A DNA stretch of 64,000 bases from Thermoplasmata archaeon (lineage in GTDB: Archaea > Thermoplasmatota > Thermoplasmata > Lutacidiplasmatales > SKW197): assembly GCA_038874435.1 (NCBI GenBank), contig JAVZCK010000001.1, forward strand, positions 154,255 to 218,254. Reading direction: 5' to 3'. Made by a program: the position numbers and the translations under genes. Under the pieces are notes generated by a model. That model saw only the letters and a program-made list of their open reading frames with translations, was not told the DNA's origin and did no database searches. Below are positions 1-9,989 of the stretch, piece after piece; position 1 is the first letter of the stretch; every line of letters starts with the position of its first letter.

Positions 1-936
1 TACAGGCATCTGCCATTGCGACTTTATGAACTAACTCGTTATTCTTTTAGAGTAGAGCAGAGGGGTGAGCTTGCTGGCTTGAGGCGATTAAGGGCGTTCA
101 CAATGCCTGACTGCCACTCCTTCTGTGCGGACATTGAGATGGCAAAGAGGGAGTTGCTGGACAGGTTTAATCTTTCAAGAGAGATTCTCTCAGGCATCGG
201 TTTTTCAATTCCAGAAGACCTGGAACTTGCGTTGCGTGTAACTAAGGACTTTTATGAACAGCATGGTGAAGTTGTGCGGGAGCTCGTGCGAAGATGGGGA
301 AAGCCAGCACTGCTTGAAATGTGGGATGAGCGGTTCTTCTACTTTGTTTTCAAATACGAATGGAATTTTGTGGATGCACTGGACAAGGCATCAGCACTGA
401 ATACAGACCAGATTGATGTGGAAAATGCAGAAAGGTATGGAATAACTTTTACAGGAGAAGATGGAAAAGAGCATTATCCACTCATTCTTCACCAGTCCCC
501 ATCTGGAGCAATTGAGAGGGTAATTTATGCAATGCTGGAAAAGGAATTTATGAAGCAGGAGAAAGGTAAGAAGCCAGAATTTCCACTTTGGCTTGCGCCG
601 ACCCAGGTGCGGTTAATACCGGTTTCAGACCAGTTTGTTGAGGACTGTATTAAGATTGCAAGAGAGCTGGGCTGCCGTGCAGATGTGGATGATAGAGATG
701 AGAGTGTCTCAAAGAGAATCCGTGAGGCAGAGCGAGAATGGGTAAACATAATTGCTGTCTATGGCGAGAAAGAAAAAGCAGGCGGGAAATTGAACTTGCG
801 GATGCGAAGCGGTGAAAGCGCTGAGATGACTCCTGAAGAGCTGAAGAAATATGTGAGAGAAAAAACTGCCGGCTATCCATTCATCGGCTTGCCTTTATCA
901 CTCCGCCTCAGCAGGCGTCCCATCTTCCGTGGCTGA
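1..936 (+). CDS. thrS: Threonyl-tRNA synthetase, C-terminal part (5'-truncated by window edge)
   Basis: Frame 1 is open from nt 1. Class II motif 2 '[14 protein letters not shown]' resembles ThrRS 'RVRGFTQDDAHIFC'. Motif 3 region '[12 protein letters not shown]' present. Class IIa anticodon-binding domain at the C-terminus ([11 protein letters not shown]...). Confidence 0.7.
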   Translation, partial: YRHLPLRLYELTRYSFRVEQRGELAGLRRLRAFTMPDCHSFCADIEMAKRELLDRFNLSREILSGIGFSIPEDLELALRVTKDFYEQHGEVVRELVRRWGKPALLEMWDERFFYFVFKYEWNFVDALDKASALNTDQIDVENAERYGITFTGEDGKEHYPLILHQSPSGAIERVIYAMLEKEFMKQEKGKKPEFPLWLAPTQVRLIPVSDQFVEDCIKIARELGCRADVDDRDESVSKRIREAEREWVNIIAVYGEKEKAGGKLNLRMRSGESAEMTPEELKKYVREKTAGYPFIGLPLSLRLSRRPIFRG

Positions 937-1609
937 TATGCGAGTGCTCCATGTGAAAGACCTCGGATTGGTTCATCCAGAAGTGAGTGTTGCAAAGGAC
1001 AGGGAAATTCTGGAGCGGTGCATAGCCACCGGTGAGTGCATTCTCCATTTTTACAGGCGGGAACCACCAGCGGTTTCTGTGGGGCATGGCGAAAAGATTG
1101 AGGAAGCAGTTTATGTGGAGAGGTGCAAGGAGGATGGTGTAATTATCATTCAGCGTGAGAGCGCTGGCAGTGCAATTTACACAGATAGGAACACGCTGGA
1201 ATATGCCATTGCTCTTCCAGAGAAACTTGTGCCTTTTGACAGAAAACAGAGCTATGAGTTTCTGTGCAAACCGATTGTGGAGGCACTAAACACGCTTGGT
1301 TATCCTGTGGTGTTCAAGCCAATAAATGACATTCAGATGGAGGGAAAGAAGGTCTCCGGCAGCGCCCAGAAGAGAAGCAGGGGTGCGGTGCTCCAGCACG
1401 GGACAATTTTGCTTGTTGTGGACCATGAAAAAATGGATAGATACCTGAAGGTGACGCCCAAGCTGGCTGAAAAAGGGCTTGGAAAGCACAGTGAGAGAGT
1501 AAAAGGACTTTTTGAACATCATAAGGTTAATGAGAGCAGAATAGTAGATGAGATTGCGAGAAACTATGAGAGTTTGATAGAGGCAAAAATTGTATTACCC
1601 CATCAGTAG
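929..1609 (+). CDS. lplA: Lipoate-protein ligase A / octanoyltransferase family (BPL/LPL catalytic domain)
   Basis: 226 aa. '[23 protein letters not shown]' is the typical LplA/LipB lysine region. The glycine-cleavage T gene (gcvT) lies in the same window. Confidence 0.6.
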   Translation: MADMRVLHVKDLGLVHPEVSVAKDREILERCIATGECILHFYRREPPAVSVGHGEKIEEAVYVERCKEDGVIIIQRESAGSAIYTDRNTLEYAIALPEKLVPFDRKQSYEFLCKPIVEALNTLGYPVVFKPINDIQMEGKKVSGSAQKRSRGAVLQHGTILLVVDHEKMDRYLKVTPKLAEKGLGKHSERVKGLFEHHKVNESRIVDEIARNYESLIEAKIVLPHQ

Positions 1610-2800
1610 TAAGGGCTGGAGTGTAACCTCTATCAAGCATCTGTGAGCCACGAAAAATGCCGTGTTTTTTTCCCAGACATCGAGGCGAAGCATTCCTCCT
1701 TTTACAAGCACTTCCTTCGTGGTCTCGTTGAGGACAATTGCAGAGTCGGGTAGAATAAGTTCATGGCTTACTTCGTAACTGCGTTCCGTGTCGTTCATTT
1801 TAAATTCTACTGTCAGCGTGGTAAAGTAAAAAGGAGAGTAGTAAAGCGTGTAGTTGAGATGAATGGGGTCTGTAGCACGAGTCCCGGGTTTTCTCTGCAG
1901 TAAGCTCCAGCCGTGCAGGTCTTTCCAGTATTCGAAGGGGTCCACCTCGCTCCTGTCTCCCAGAGAGAGCAGATAAGCATGCACACTTGCATTTGCAGTT
2001 TTCTGGTACAATCTTGCTTCATCAAAGGAAATGGCTGTTTCCACCGCTTCCCTTACCAGTGCCTTCGTCACATTTGAAAAGTCGTACCCGAAAACCTCCT
2101 CAAAGGTTCTCTTCAAGAGGTAGAGCGTGATGTTTCCAACAAAGCCAAGGTAATCCTTGGTGCCATTTATGTCCTCCACCATTATTTTTTTCTGTTGATA
2201 TAGAAATGGCAATGTCACAGGAACCCACGAATCCAGATTTATGTCCTTAGTGAGCGAATAACCAGTTCTGTTGTCCACAATGGTTGTTGTGATTTTGCCG
2301 TTGATTCTGAAATAGACATCACCAGTGAAATTCAAAATCACACCGCTTTCGTTCATCATTTCATAATCGTATCTGAAAGCATTTAATTTCCATTGCAGGT
2401 TCTTGTGTGTGGCTGAGTAATCCGGGAAACGCATTGGCTGACCTCCAGCTGCAATACCAGTGAAAGTTCTCATGTAGTTCTTGCTCTCATTCTCCACAAA
2501 CTCAATCGGGTTTTCTTTGGTGTAAACGATTGCATTTGATTTGTTAACTGCGGAGAGCACAGCAGAGACACCCGCTTGCACAAGTAAGTCCTCATGGAGG
2601 AGAAGGAAAGCATTTAAACGGGAGTTCGCATGCTGCAGGTTGATGGCATCATTTCGCTGACTGGCAACCACAGCCATGTAAATGCCACTCACGATTGTGA
2701 GAAAGGCAACTATGACAGCAACAAGCGAAAATGGCACTCTTCCTTTTCTATTTAACTTCACAGTAGAGCATATGGCAGAGAGAAATATAGTTTTTTCCAT
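1595..2800 (-). CDS. Membrane-anchored extracellular glycoprotein, function unknown
   Basis: 401 aa with an N-terminal signal-anchor helix (VPFSLVAVIVAFLTIVSGIYMAVVA) and many N-x-S/T sequons. Divergent from the pilus operon and shares its TATA-containing intergenic region (2801-2860). Confidence 0.5.
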   Translation of the reverse strand: MEKTIFLSAICSTVKLNRKGRVPFSLVAVIVAFLTIVSGIYMAVVASQRNDAINLQHANSRLNAFLLLHEDLLVQAGVSAVLSAVNKSNAIVYTKENPIEFVENESKNYMRTFTGIAAGGQPMRFPDYSATHKNLQWKLNAFRYDYEMMNESGVILNFTGDVYFRINGKITTTIVDNRTGYSLTKDINLDSWVPVTLPFLYQQKKIMVEDINGTKDYLGFVGNITLYLLKRTFEEVFGYDFSNVTKALVREAVETAISFDEARLYQKTANASVHAYLLSLGDRSEVDPFEYWKDLHGWSLLQRKPGTRATDPIHLNYTLYYSPFYFTTLTVEFKMNDTERSYEVSHELILPDSAIVLNETTKEVLVKGGMLRLDVWEKNTAFFVAHRCLIEVTLQPLLLMG

Positions 2801-2807
2801 GAGAAGT

Positions 2808-2816
2808 TATATATAG
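2808..2816. promoter_or_regulatory. TATA-box-like element (ttatatata) in the divergent intergenic region
   Basis: AT-rich TATA motif ~45 nt upstream of the 2861 start. GGTGG RBS at 2846-2850. Confidence 0.35.
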
Positions 2817-2860
2817 GGTGTTCTCAATTAGGGGCTAAGATAACAGTTGCAGGTGGTGAG

Positions 2861-3817
2861 ATGAGAGGAATAACTCTTACAACCCAATACACACGAAGGA
2901 TGAAGGCAAGGAAAAGGTTAAGGATTTCCCAGGCAGGCGTGGCTTCCACCGTTGGCACAATCATGGCACTAATGGTATTCCTCGCTTTTCTGTCTATGTT
3001 CACAACGCAGTATGTCCCAATCTGGATGCAAGATAACGAAGTTCAGTACATGAATCAGGTTGAAAATGATATGTCTCGTTTAAAATCAAATATAGATATT
3101 TTAGTAGTAAATAATGTAGTAGATTTCACTCTCTATTCTCCAATCACGATGGTATCTGGCTATGTGCCTGTGTTTGCGGAGCCCACTCATGGCACTCTGA
3201 CCTTCCAGCCAAATCAGGGAATGATTAATGTCAGATACAACTACTCGTACAACACATCTACAACACCATATACTCCGATCCAATATTCCACGAATCTTAC
3301 TGGCGGATCAATTTCTCTTTATGCACCAAACCGTTACTATGTGGCTCAGACAATTGCTTACGAAAATGGTGCAATCATTGTGAGCCAGGGAGTGGATAAG
3401 CAGGTAATCACAGGTTCTCCACCCGTAACTGCTGAGAAGAAGGGAATCTACAAGAATTTTACAATTGCACTTTATTCACTACTTGGACAACCTGCATCTG
3501 GCTATGCAGAAGGAACAAAGGGTATTTACACATCTCTCGTTTATGTGGAACGCTTCAACCAGAGATTTTATGAGGATTGGAATATCACAGATAATGTGAC
3601 GATTGAATTCCAGACAAAGTATCCTTATGCATGGATGGAATATTACAACAAAACCTTCGCAAAGGCAAATTTCACTGCAGGCACTGATTATGCAATAACT
3701 GGCTTATCTGCCCTTTCTCAGGGTTATTACAAGTTTACCATCACAATTTATGGTTTAACCGATTTTACAATTGTCAAGGCCACAGTGCGAGCTTCAATTG
3801 AAGGTTCAGGGGGTTAA
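2861..3817 (+). CDS. Putative type IV pilin-like / archaellin-like glycoprotein (class III signal peptide-like N-terminus)
   Basis: N-terminus 'RRMKARKRLRISQAGVASTVGTIMALMVFLAFLSMF' has a basic stretch followed by a hydrophobic helix, as in archaeal prepilins. Sequon-rich. First gene of the ATPase / TadC-like operon. Confidence 0.45.
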   Translation: MRGITLTTQYTRRMKARKRLRISQAGVASTVGTIMALMVFLAFLSMFTTQYVPIWMQDNEVQYMNQVENDMSRLKSNIDILVVNNVVDFTLYSPITMVSGYVPVFAEPTHGTLTFQPNQGMINVRYNYSYNTSTTPYTPIQYSTNLTGGSISLYAPNRYYVAQTIAYENGAIIVSQGVDKQVITGSPPVTAEKKGIYKNFTIALYSLLGQPASGYAEGTKGIYTSLVYVERFNQRFYEDWNITDNVTIEFQTKYPYAWMEYYNKTFAKANFTAGTDYAITGLSALSQGYYKFTITIYGLTDFTIVKATVRASIEGSGG

Positions 3818-5445
3818 TGAAAATGGCTGAATCTACAAAGAAAAAGTTTGGGATAAAAATAAAGGTTCCAAGACGAGAAATTATTAAGAGTGCAACTGAG
3901 CTTGGCGGTGAGGGCGGCTCCATAACAGAAATTCCAAAAATTACAGATCCGAATATCCAGGAGCTTGCATTCGTCCCACAGAACCCCCCATACAGTTATT
4001 CACGTATCACCTACAACAACACCTCCAAGGAGTACCTTTATGAGGCAATCGAACCCAAGCTAACAATTAGGGAGAAGGAGGTCCTAGACCTTGTAAAAGA
4101 CACATTGATGCGAACTGTTGGCTACGACTGGGAAACCATGACTGCGAAGGATAAGGAGGAGTATCTGAAGGGCTGTGTCAACACCTATCTTCGAACAAGA
4201 ATGATTAATCTCTCACCAATTTCAGTTGAACGCATCATCTACTACATTATCCGTGATTTTGTTGGTTTTGGACCAATAGATGTGCTCATGCGAGATGAGA
4301 TGGTAGAGGATATCTCTTGTGATGGCGTGGGTATTCCAATTTACCTCTATCACCAGAAATTTGAGTCAATAAAGACAAACATTAAGTTTGAAACAGATGA
4401 GGAGTTGAACTCATTTATTGTGGCACTCGGACAGCGATGTGGCAAACAGATCTCAGTTTCAAATCCAATCCTAGATGGAACTACAACAGAGGGACACAGA
4501 GTACAGGCAACATATTCACGAGAGGTAACCACCAGGGGAGGCAGCTTCACGATTAGACGGTTCAAAGAAAAGCCGTTTACACCTGTTGACCTGATCACTA
4601 CTAAGACCGCATCTCCGGAAATGGTTGCTTATTTTTGGATTGCAGTAGAACATGGAGAATCAATAATTGTTTGTGGTGGCCCTGCAAGTGGTAAAACATC
4701 TACCCTGAACGCCATTACTCTGTTCATACCTCCCGCAGCAAAAATTATTACAATGGAAGACACAAGAGAGATAAAGCTACCACATGAGAACTGGATACCG
4801 GGTGCTACAAGAAGTGGCACTGGTGAAAGAGGTGCAGACGGGAAGGCAGCGGGCGAAATTGATATGTTTGATCTTGTGAGAGCTGCATTGAGACAAAGGC
4901 CCAACTACATCATTGTGGGTGAGGTGAGAGGCAAAGAAACCTATACAATGTTCCAGGCAATGGCTACCGGTCACACAACCTATTCTACGATGCATGCCGA
5001 CTCTGTGAAGTCAATGGTGAACAGATTAGAAAACCCACCAATTTCCACGCCGAGAATTCTTCTCTCAGCCCTTAACAATGTGATTATTCAGACCCATGCG
5101 AGAGTGGGAATGAGCATGGTAAGGCGAATCAAGCAAGTGATTGAGATTGTTGGCTTTGAACCAGAGACGAACGAGTTAATCACAAACACAGTGTATGAGT
5201 GGGACCAGCCCACGGACTCTTTCGTGTTTAAGGGTCACAGTTTCCTCTTTGACAAAATCATGGAAATGAAAAATCTCACACATGAGGAAATGATGGAAGA
5301 ATTCAACAGAAGAGTTGAAGTGGTGAATTACATGGTGCGCAAGAACATAACTGACTACAGGAAGCTTGCAAACATAATTGTGGCATATTTCAAGGACCCA
5401 AAAGATACAATTGAGAAGATAAGAGGTGATAAATTTGTCTCCTGA
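3817..5445 (+). CDS. Type IV pilus/archaellum-family secretion ATPase (FlaI/TadA/VirB11 superfamily), copy 1
   Basis: 542 aa. Walker A 'GGPASGKTSTLNA'. Conserved 'EDISCDG...FTIRRF' and 'IIVGEVRG' blocks. Start overlaps the upstream stop (taATGa). Confidence 0.8.
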   Translation: MKMAESTKKKFGIKIKVPRREIIKSATELGGEGGSITEIPKITDPNIQELAFVPQNPPYSYSRITYNNTSKEYLYEAIEPKLTIREKEVLDLVKDTLMRTVGYDWETMTAKDKEEYLKGCVNTYLRTRMINLSPISVERIIYYIIRDFVGFGPIDVLMRDEMVEDISCDGVGIPIYLYHQKFESIKTNIKFETDEELNSFIVALGQRCGKQISVSNPILDGTTTEGHRVQATYSREVTTRGGSFTIRRFKEKPFTPVDLITTKTASPEMVAYFWIAVEHGESIIVCGGPASGKTSTLNAITLFIPPAAKIITMEDTREIKLPHENWIPGATRSGTGERGADGKAAGEIDMFDLVRAALRQRPNYIIVGEVRGKETYTMFQAMATGHTTYSTMHADSVKSMVNRLENPPISTPRILLSALNNVIIQTHARVGMSMVRRIKQVIEIVGFEPETNELITNTVYEWDQPTDSFVFKGHSFLFDKIMEMKNLTHEEMMEEFNRRVEVVNYMVRKNITDYRKLANIIVAYFKDPKDTIEKIRGDKFVS

Positions 5446-6448
5446 GGTCACAAGCAGGTTTGATGCCCTTGACACTAAGAAATCATATCTGAAGACGCAG
5501 AAGGCAGGGGCCCAGCGTGAATTGCTTTCAAGCCATGTGGTTAAATTACCCAAGGGCGTGCTGCCTCAGTATGCACAACTGACTCCTCTTCAGCAAACTG
5601 CATGGAAGATGTTTGGACCAAAAGCAGAAGTGAAGGCAAGGATGAATCAGAAACTAGAGGACGACATGCTTAAAGCCCACATGAGAATTAGACCAGAGGA
5701 ATACATTGCATATGCCTGGTTTATCACAATGATTGCAGGAATTGCGCTCTCCGTAACTGGTGTGGTATTGGGAGTAATTTTAGCATTGATTGGCAATCTC
5801 ATAGCAGGGGTTCTTATTGCAGTTGTCCTCCCAGTGGTTGGAACAATTCTCACTTATTTCATAATGCTGTCTCTCCCTTCATCAAGAGCCAAGGCAAGGG
5901 CAAGGGACATAGATAAAAAAATCTCGCCTGCAATGAGCTTCGTTTCTGCAATGGCATCTGCAGATGTGAACATTGATGTAATTTTTAAGGAGTTAGCCAG
6001 GCAACCAATCTACGGTGAAATAAAGGAGGAGGCGGGTTGGATAACTAGGGACACTGAGTTGTTGGGGGTAGACATTCTTACTGCAATTAAGAAAGGGGCG
6101 ACCAGAACGCCATCTGCCAAATTCCAGGATTTCTTGCAAGGTGTGGTGACAACAACAACTTCAGGTGGTCAGTTGAAACCCTATTTCCTCACGAAGGCAG
6201 AGCAGTACGAGAAAGAGGCAAAATTGGAGATGTCCAAGCGCCTTGAAACTCTTGGTATGCTTGCCGAGACCTTTGTGACAGTTGTGGTTGCATTTCCGCT
6301 TTTCCTTGTGGTGATCATGGCAATTATGGCCCTTGTTGGTGGGCAGGGGAGGTTCATACTTAACATTCTGTACGCAATAGTGTTTCTGATGATTCCGATG
6401 TCTCAGTTTGGCTTCATCTTTGTGATATGGAACATGAGTCAGGAGTGA
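5426..6448 (+). CDS. TadB/TadC-like (T2SSF-domain) polytopic membrane protein, single-domain half 1
   Basis: 340 aa with multiple TM helices and one GspF/T2SSF-like domain. Overlaps the neighbouring genes. Confidence 0.7.
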   Translation: MINLSPEVTSRFDALDTKKSYLKTQKAGAQRELLSSHVVKLPKGVLPQYAQLTPLQQTAWKMFGPKAEVKARMNQKLEDDMLKAHMRIRPEEYIAYAWFITMIAGIALSVTGVVLGVILALIGNLIAGVLIAVVLPVVGTILTYFIMLSLPSSRAKARARDIDKKISPAMSFVSAMASADVNIDVIFKELARQPIYGEIKEEAGWITRDTELLGVDILTAIKKGATRTPSAKFQDFLQGVVTTTTSGGQLKPYFLTKAEQYEKEAKLEMSKRLETLGMLAETFVTVVVAFPLFLVVIMAIMALVGGQGRFILNILYAIVFLMIPMSQFGFIFVIWNMSQE

Positions 6449-7434
6449 TGAAAATGGCAGAGAATATTTTTGGAGGCAAGGAAGAGAAAATTCCTACAGC
6501 GAAGAAGATCCTGATAATCTCAGGGTGCATCGCTGCAGTTTTCTTTATTATAGGAGTTTTGAATGTGATTCCTGTGGATAAGAACAATCCTGATAAGACA
6601 ATAATTATGACACCATTTAAACAGTACGACTATAATTTTGATGGCCAGATGGAACCAGAAAATGCACTTAATAGGGCACTGGACTTCTTTGTACTCGGCA
6701 TTGCAATTTTGATTGGTCCTTATGGGTTCTATAAGAGTATGGAGTTAAGTAGAGTTCGTGCAATTGAAGAACGACTTCCTGAGTTTCTGAGAGATGTGGC
6801 CGAGGCAGGAAGGTTCGGTATGACGCTTGCGGAAGCAATTGTGGTTGCCTCCACTGGAAGATATGGAAAGCTTACACCTGAAATAAGAAAAATGGCAGCA
6901 CAGATTGAATGGGGTGTGCCTGCTGCAGAAGCATTGCGTCTCTTCTCCCAGCGTGTGAATACCCCAGCAGTACGAAGATGTGTAGCGATAATTACAAAGG
7001 CAAACGACGCAGGAGGTAATGTTGCAGATGTGCTTTCAATGGTTGCCCATGACACGAAAGAGGTTCAACTCATGGAGGCCCAGAAGCGAATTTCAATGAC
7101 CACGTACCTTACTGTTATCTACATAGCGTTCTTTGTGTTCATCGTCACAATAATGATTCTGAATGCTACATTCTTGCCTCAGATGGCGAAGGCAGGTAAG
7201 AGTGTAGAGGAAGGGGCACAGCAGCTCGGCGGTGGCGGTGGTGCTAGTGCCACAAAAATAGAATACAAACTCATCCCAGAGATTATGTTTGTGATGTTTG
7301 TTTCTGTGATAATCCATGCAATAGGCGATGGAATTCTCGCAGGTGTCATAATCACTGGTAAGATTGCAACTGGACTCCAACATAGTTTCATAATGGTAGT
7401 TATCGGTTGGCTTCTGATGAGGTTTATGGTGTGA
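6427..7434 (+). CDS. TadB/TadC-like (T2SSF-domain) membrane protein, half 2
   Basis: 335 aa with an N-terminal TM helix, a cytoplasmic T2SSF-like domain (LPEFLRDVAEAGRFGMTLAEAI...) and C-terminal TM helices. Confidence 0.7.
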   Translation: MEHESGVMKMAENIFGGKEEKIPTAKKILIISGCIAAVFFIIGVLNVIPVDKNNPDKTIIMTPFKQYDYNFDGQMEPENALNRALDFFVLGIAILIGPYGFYKSMELSRVRAIEERLPEFLRDVAEAGRFGMTLAEAIVVASTGRYGKLTPEIRKMAAQIEWGVPAAEALRLFSQRVNTPAVRRCVAIITKANDAGGNVADVLSMVAHDTKEVQLMEAQKRISMTTYLTVIYIAFFVFIVTIMILNATFLPQMAKAGKSVEEGAQQLGGGGGASATKIEYKLIPEIMFVMFVSVIIHAIGDGILAGVIITGKIATGLQHSFIMVVIGWLLMRFMV

Positions 7435-7443
7435 GGTGATGAA

Positions 7444-9135
7444 ATGGCTACAACTGAAAAAGAAACGAAATCCCTTCCAATAGGGCTTCGAATTGCAGGC
7501 ATTTTCTTAAAATCTAAACCAAGGAAAATCATGATGCCAAAGACCGTCCAGTCCTCTCTTACAGGACGTGGCATTGAGGGAGTAACAGTAATTCCTCCGA
7601 TTGCTGAGAAACACATAAATGAAATAGAGGTACAGCCTATACAGCCTGGCTATTCATATGTTAGAATAAAATATGATACAATTTCTAATGAATATCTATA
7701 TGAAGTCATTGAACCTGTACTCACTACAGATGAAGAATTTATTCTTGATTTTCTGAAGGGGAAGCTCATTGATGCATTTGAGATGATTGAGTTGGAGGAC
7801 CCAAAAGAGAGAGAAAAATATCTCAGAGAGCTGGCGATAAAGGTTCTCAGAGAAAATGAGATTCACCTCAACCCAGTTAGCAAAGAGAAGATTTTGTATT
7901 ATGTCGTTCGTGATTTTCTTGGTTATGGGCTCATAGGAGTTCCTATGATCGACCCACAGGTGGAGGATATTTCCTGCGATGGTGTGAAAATCCCAATATA
8001 CATTTTCCACAGAAAGTATGGGTCCATTAAATCCAATCTGCGATTCCAGTCGCACAAGGAATTGGATGGTTTCGTTGTCTGGCTCGTGCAGCGATGCGGA
8101 AAGCACATTTCAGTCGCGAGCCCGATGGTAGATGCTACAGTGCCAGATGGTTCAAGATTGCAGGCAACATTGGGTGAGCATGTCACAAAGAGGGGTTCTT
8201 CTTTCACAATTAGGCGTTTCAGGGAGAATCCATTTACTCCGGTGGACTTGCTCAAGTTCAAAACAATGTCAACTGAGATGATGGCATATATCTGGATTGC
8301 GATAGAGTCAGGGCAGTCCATGATGGTTTGTGGTGGCACTGCAAGTGGAAAGACCACAACGCTCAACGCTGTCTTGTTGTTTATCCCACCGCAAATGAAA
8401 ATAGTGAGCATTGAGGACACGAGAGAACTCAACCTCCCCCATGAAAACTGGATTCCCTCGCTTACAAGGTCTGGCTTTGGTGGCAAAAACCTGATTACAG
8501 GAAAAGCAGCAGGTGAAATTGACATGTTCGATCTACTCACTGCTGCCCTTCGTCAAAGACCGCAATACCTGATGGTTGGTGAGGTAAGAGGTGCAGAGGC
8601 CTACATTGTGTTCCAGGCGATGGCTACGGGTAAGACATGCTATACCACATTCCATGCAGAATCAGTGGCTGCAATGGTGCACCGTATGGAAAACCCACCA
8701 ATCAACTTACCAAGGGCTCTTGTTGCTGCCCTTAACATTGTGCTGTTGCAAGGACAAGTTAAAGTTGGAACAAAGATGACCAGACGTGTCAAAAACCTTA
8801 CAGAAATCGTGGGTATCGACCCAGAAACTAACGAATTAATTACGAACTCGGTTTATTCATGGAATCCTGCAGATGACACCTTCAGTTACAGTGGTCACAG
8901 TTATGTTTATGAAAAGGTGGCTGCGTCTAAGAACTGGAGCATGAAGGAAATGGAAAGAGAAGTAAAGAGAAGATGTGACATTCTTGAATACATGAAGCTT
9001 ATAGAATCCCAACGGCCCAAAGACAATCCGTTCACCTACAAGGATGTGGCAAGATTGGTTTCATGGTATTATAAGGAGCCAGATGCTGTGATGGAAACAG
9101 TGCGTCAGGCCCTTGCTACCCAACAGCAAAAATAA
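7444..9135 (+). CDS. Type IV pilus/archaellum-family secretion ATPase, copy 2 (paralogue of 3817..5445)
   Basis: 563 aa. Walker A 'GGTASGKTTTLNA'. Collinear and highly similar to copy 1 across the whole length. Confidence 0.8.
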   Translation: MATTEKETKSLPIGLRIAGIFLKSKPRKIMMPKTVQSSLTGRGIEGVTVIPPIAEKHINEIEVQPIQPGYSYVRIKYDTISNEYLYEVIEPVLTTDEEFILDFLKGKLIDAFEMIELEDPKEREKYLRELAIKVLRENEIHLNPVSKEKILYYVVRDFLGYGLIGVPMIDPQVEDISCDGVKIPIYIFHRKYGSIKSNLRFQSHKELDGFVVWLVQRCGKHISVASPMVDATVPDGSRLQATLGEHVTKRGSSFTIRRFRENPFTPVDLLKFKTMSTEMMAYIWIAIESGQSMMVCGGTASGKTTTLNAVLLFIPPQMKIVSIEDTRELNLPHENWIPSLTRSGFGGKNLITGKAAGEIDMFDLLTAALRQRPQYLMVGEVRGAEAYIVFQAMATGKTCYTTFHAESVAAMVHRMENPPINLPRALVAALNIVLLQGQVKVGTKMTRRVKNLTEIVGIDPETNELITNSVYSWNPADDTFSYSGHSYVYEKVAASKNWSMKEMEREVKRRCDILEYMKLIESQRPKDNPFTYKDVARLVSWYYKEPDAVMETVRQALATQQQK

Positions 9136-9987
9136 ATGTCTTACATCACGGCTTTTGATCCGTGGCAAAACAAGGCATGTACCTGTCCTCCCAAATATTC
9201 TTTTAATCCCTACACGGGCTGTGCCCATGCTTGCGTTTATTGCTACATTACCAGTTACATTCCTGATGCCTTCCATTTGAGAAAGAAAAGAGATGTACTG
9301 AGAACAGTGGCAAGAGAGTGCGGAAAACTGGAGCAAAACAGGTACATCAGCATGAGCAACAGCTCAGACCCGTATCCTCCAGTTGAAAAGGATGAGGGAA
9401 TAACGAGAAATGTGCTAAAAATTTTCAGGGAACATGGATTTCAGGTGTTGATAATCACAAAATCAGATATCGTGACAAGGGATGTAGATATTCTCGAAAC
9501 TATGAATGCGGTAGTTTCCATCACAATCACAACAATTGATGATGAAATTGCTAAACTGCTGGAGCCAAAAGCACCTCTGCCATCAAGGAGAATTAAAGCG
9601 CTTGAGAAGTTAAGCGAGAAAGTGCCATGTGTAGTTAGGATAGACCCTTTAATTCCAGGTATTAACGAAAATTTTGAGGAAGTGGTTGAAGTAGTTGCTC
9701 CATATGCCAAACATTGTGTGTTTTCCACATTTAAAGTGCGGAAGGATGCGCTTGCAAGAATTGTATCTGTATTTCCAGAAGTGAAGGAAAAACTACAGAA
9801 TCTTTATTTCAAAAACCCTGTGATTGTTGGCAATTCATACTATCTCCCAGAAGGGATTAGAGCACAGGTGCTTCAGAGAGCAAAGGAGGTCTGTAAAAGG
9901 CACAACCTTGCGTTTTCTTCCTGTAGAGAAATGCTGCCGCAGTTGAATGATGCTGGGTGTGACGGAAGCGGCTGGTTGCAGAGATGA
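9136..9987 (+). CDS. Radical SAM protein, SplB / DNA-repair-photolyase-like family (COG1533-like)
   Basis: 'YTGCAHACVYCY' gives the CxxxCxxC radical SAM cluster motif. 283 aa. Confidence 0.6.
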   Translation: MSYITAFDPWQNKACTCPPKYSFNPYTGCAHACVYCYITSYIPDAFHLRKKRDVLRTVARECGKLEQNRYISMSNSSDPYPPVEKDEGITRNVLKIFREHGFQVLIITKSDIVTRDVDILETMNAVVSITITTIDDEIAKLLEPKAPLPSRRIKALEKLSEKVPCVVRIDPLIPGINENFEEVVEVVAPYAKHCVFSTFKVRKDALARIVSVFPEVKEKLQNLYFKNPVIVGNSYYLPEGIRAQVLQRAKEVCKRHNLAFSSCREMLPQLNDAGCDGSGWLQR

Positions 9988-9989
9988 CA

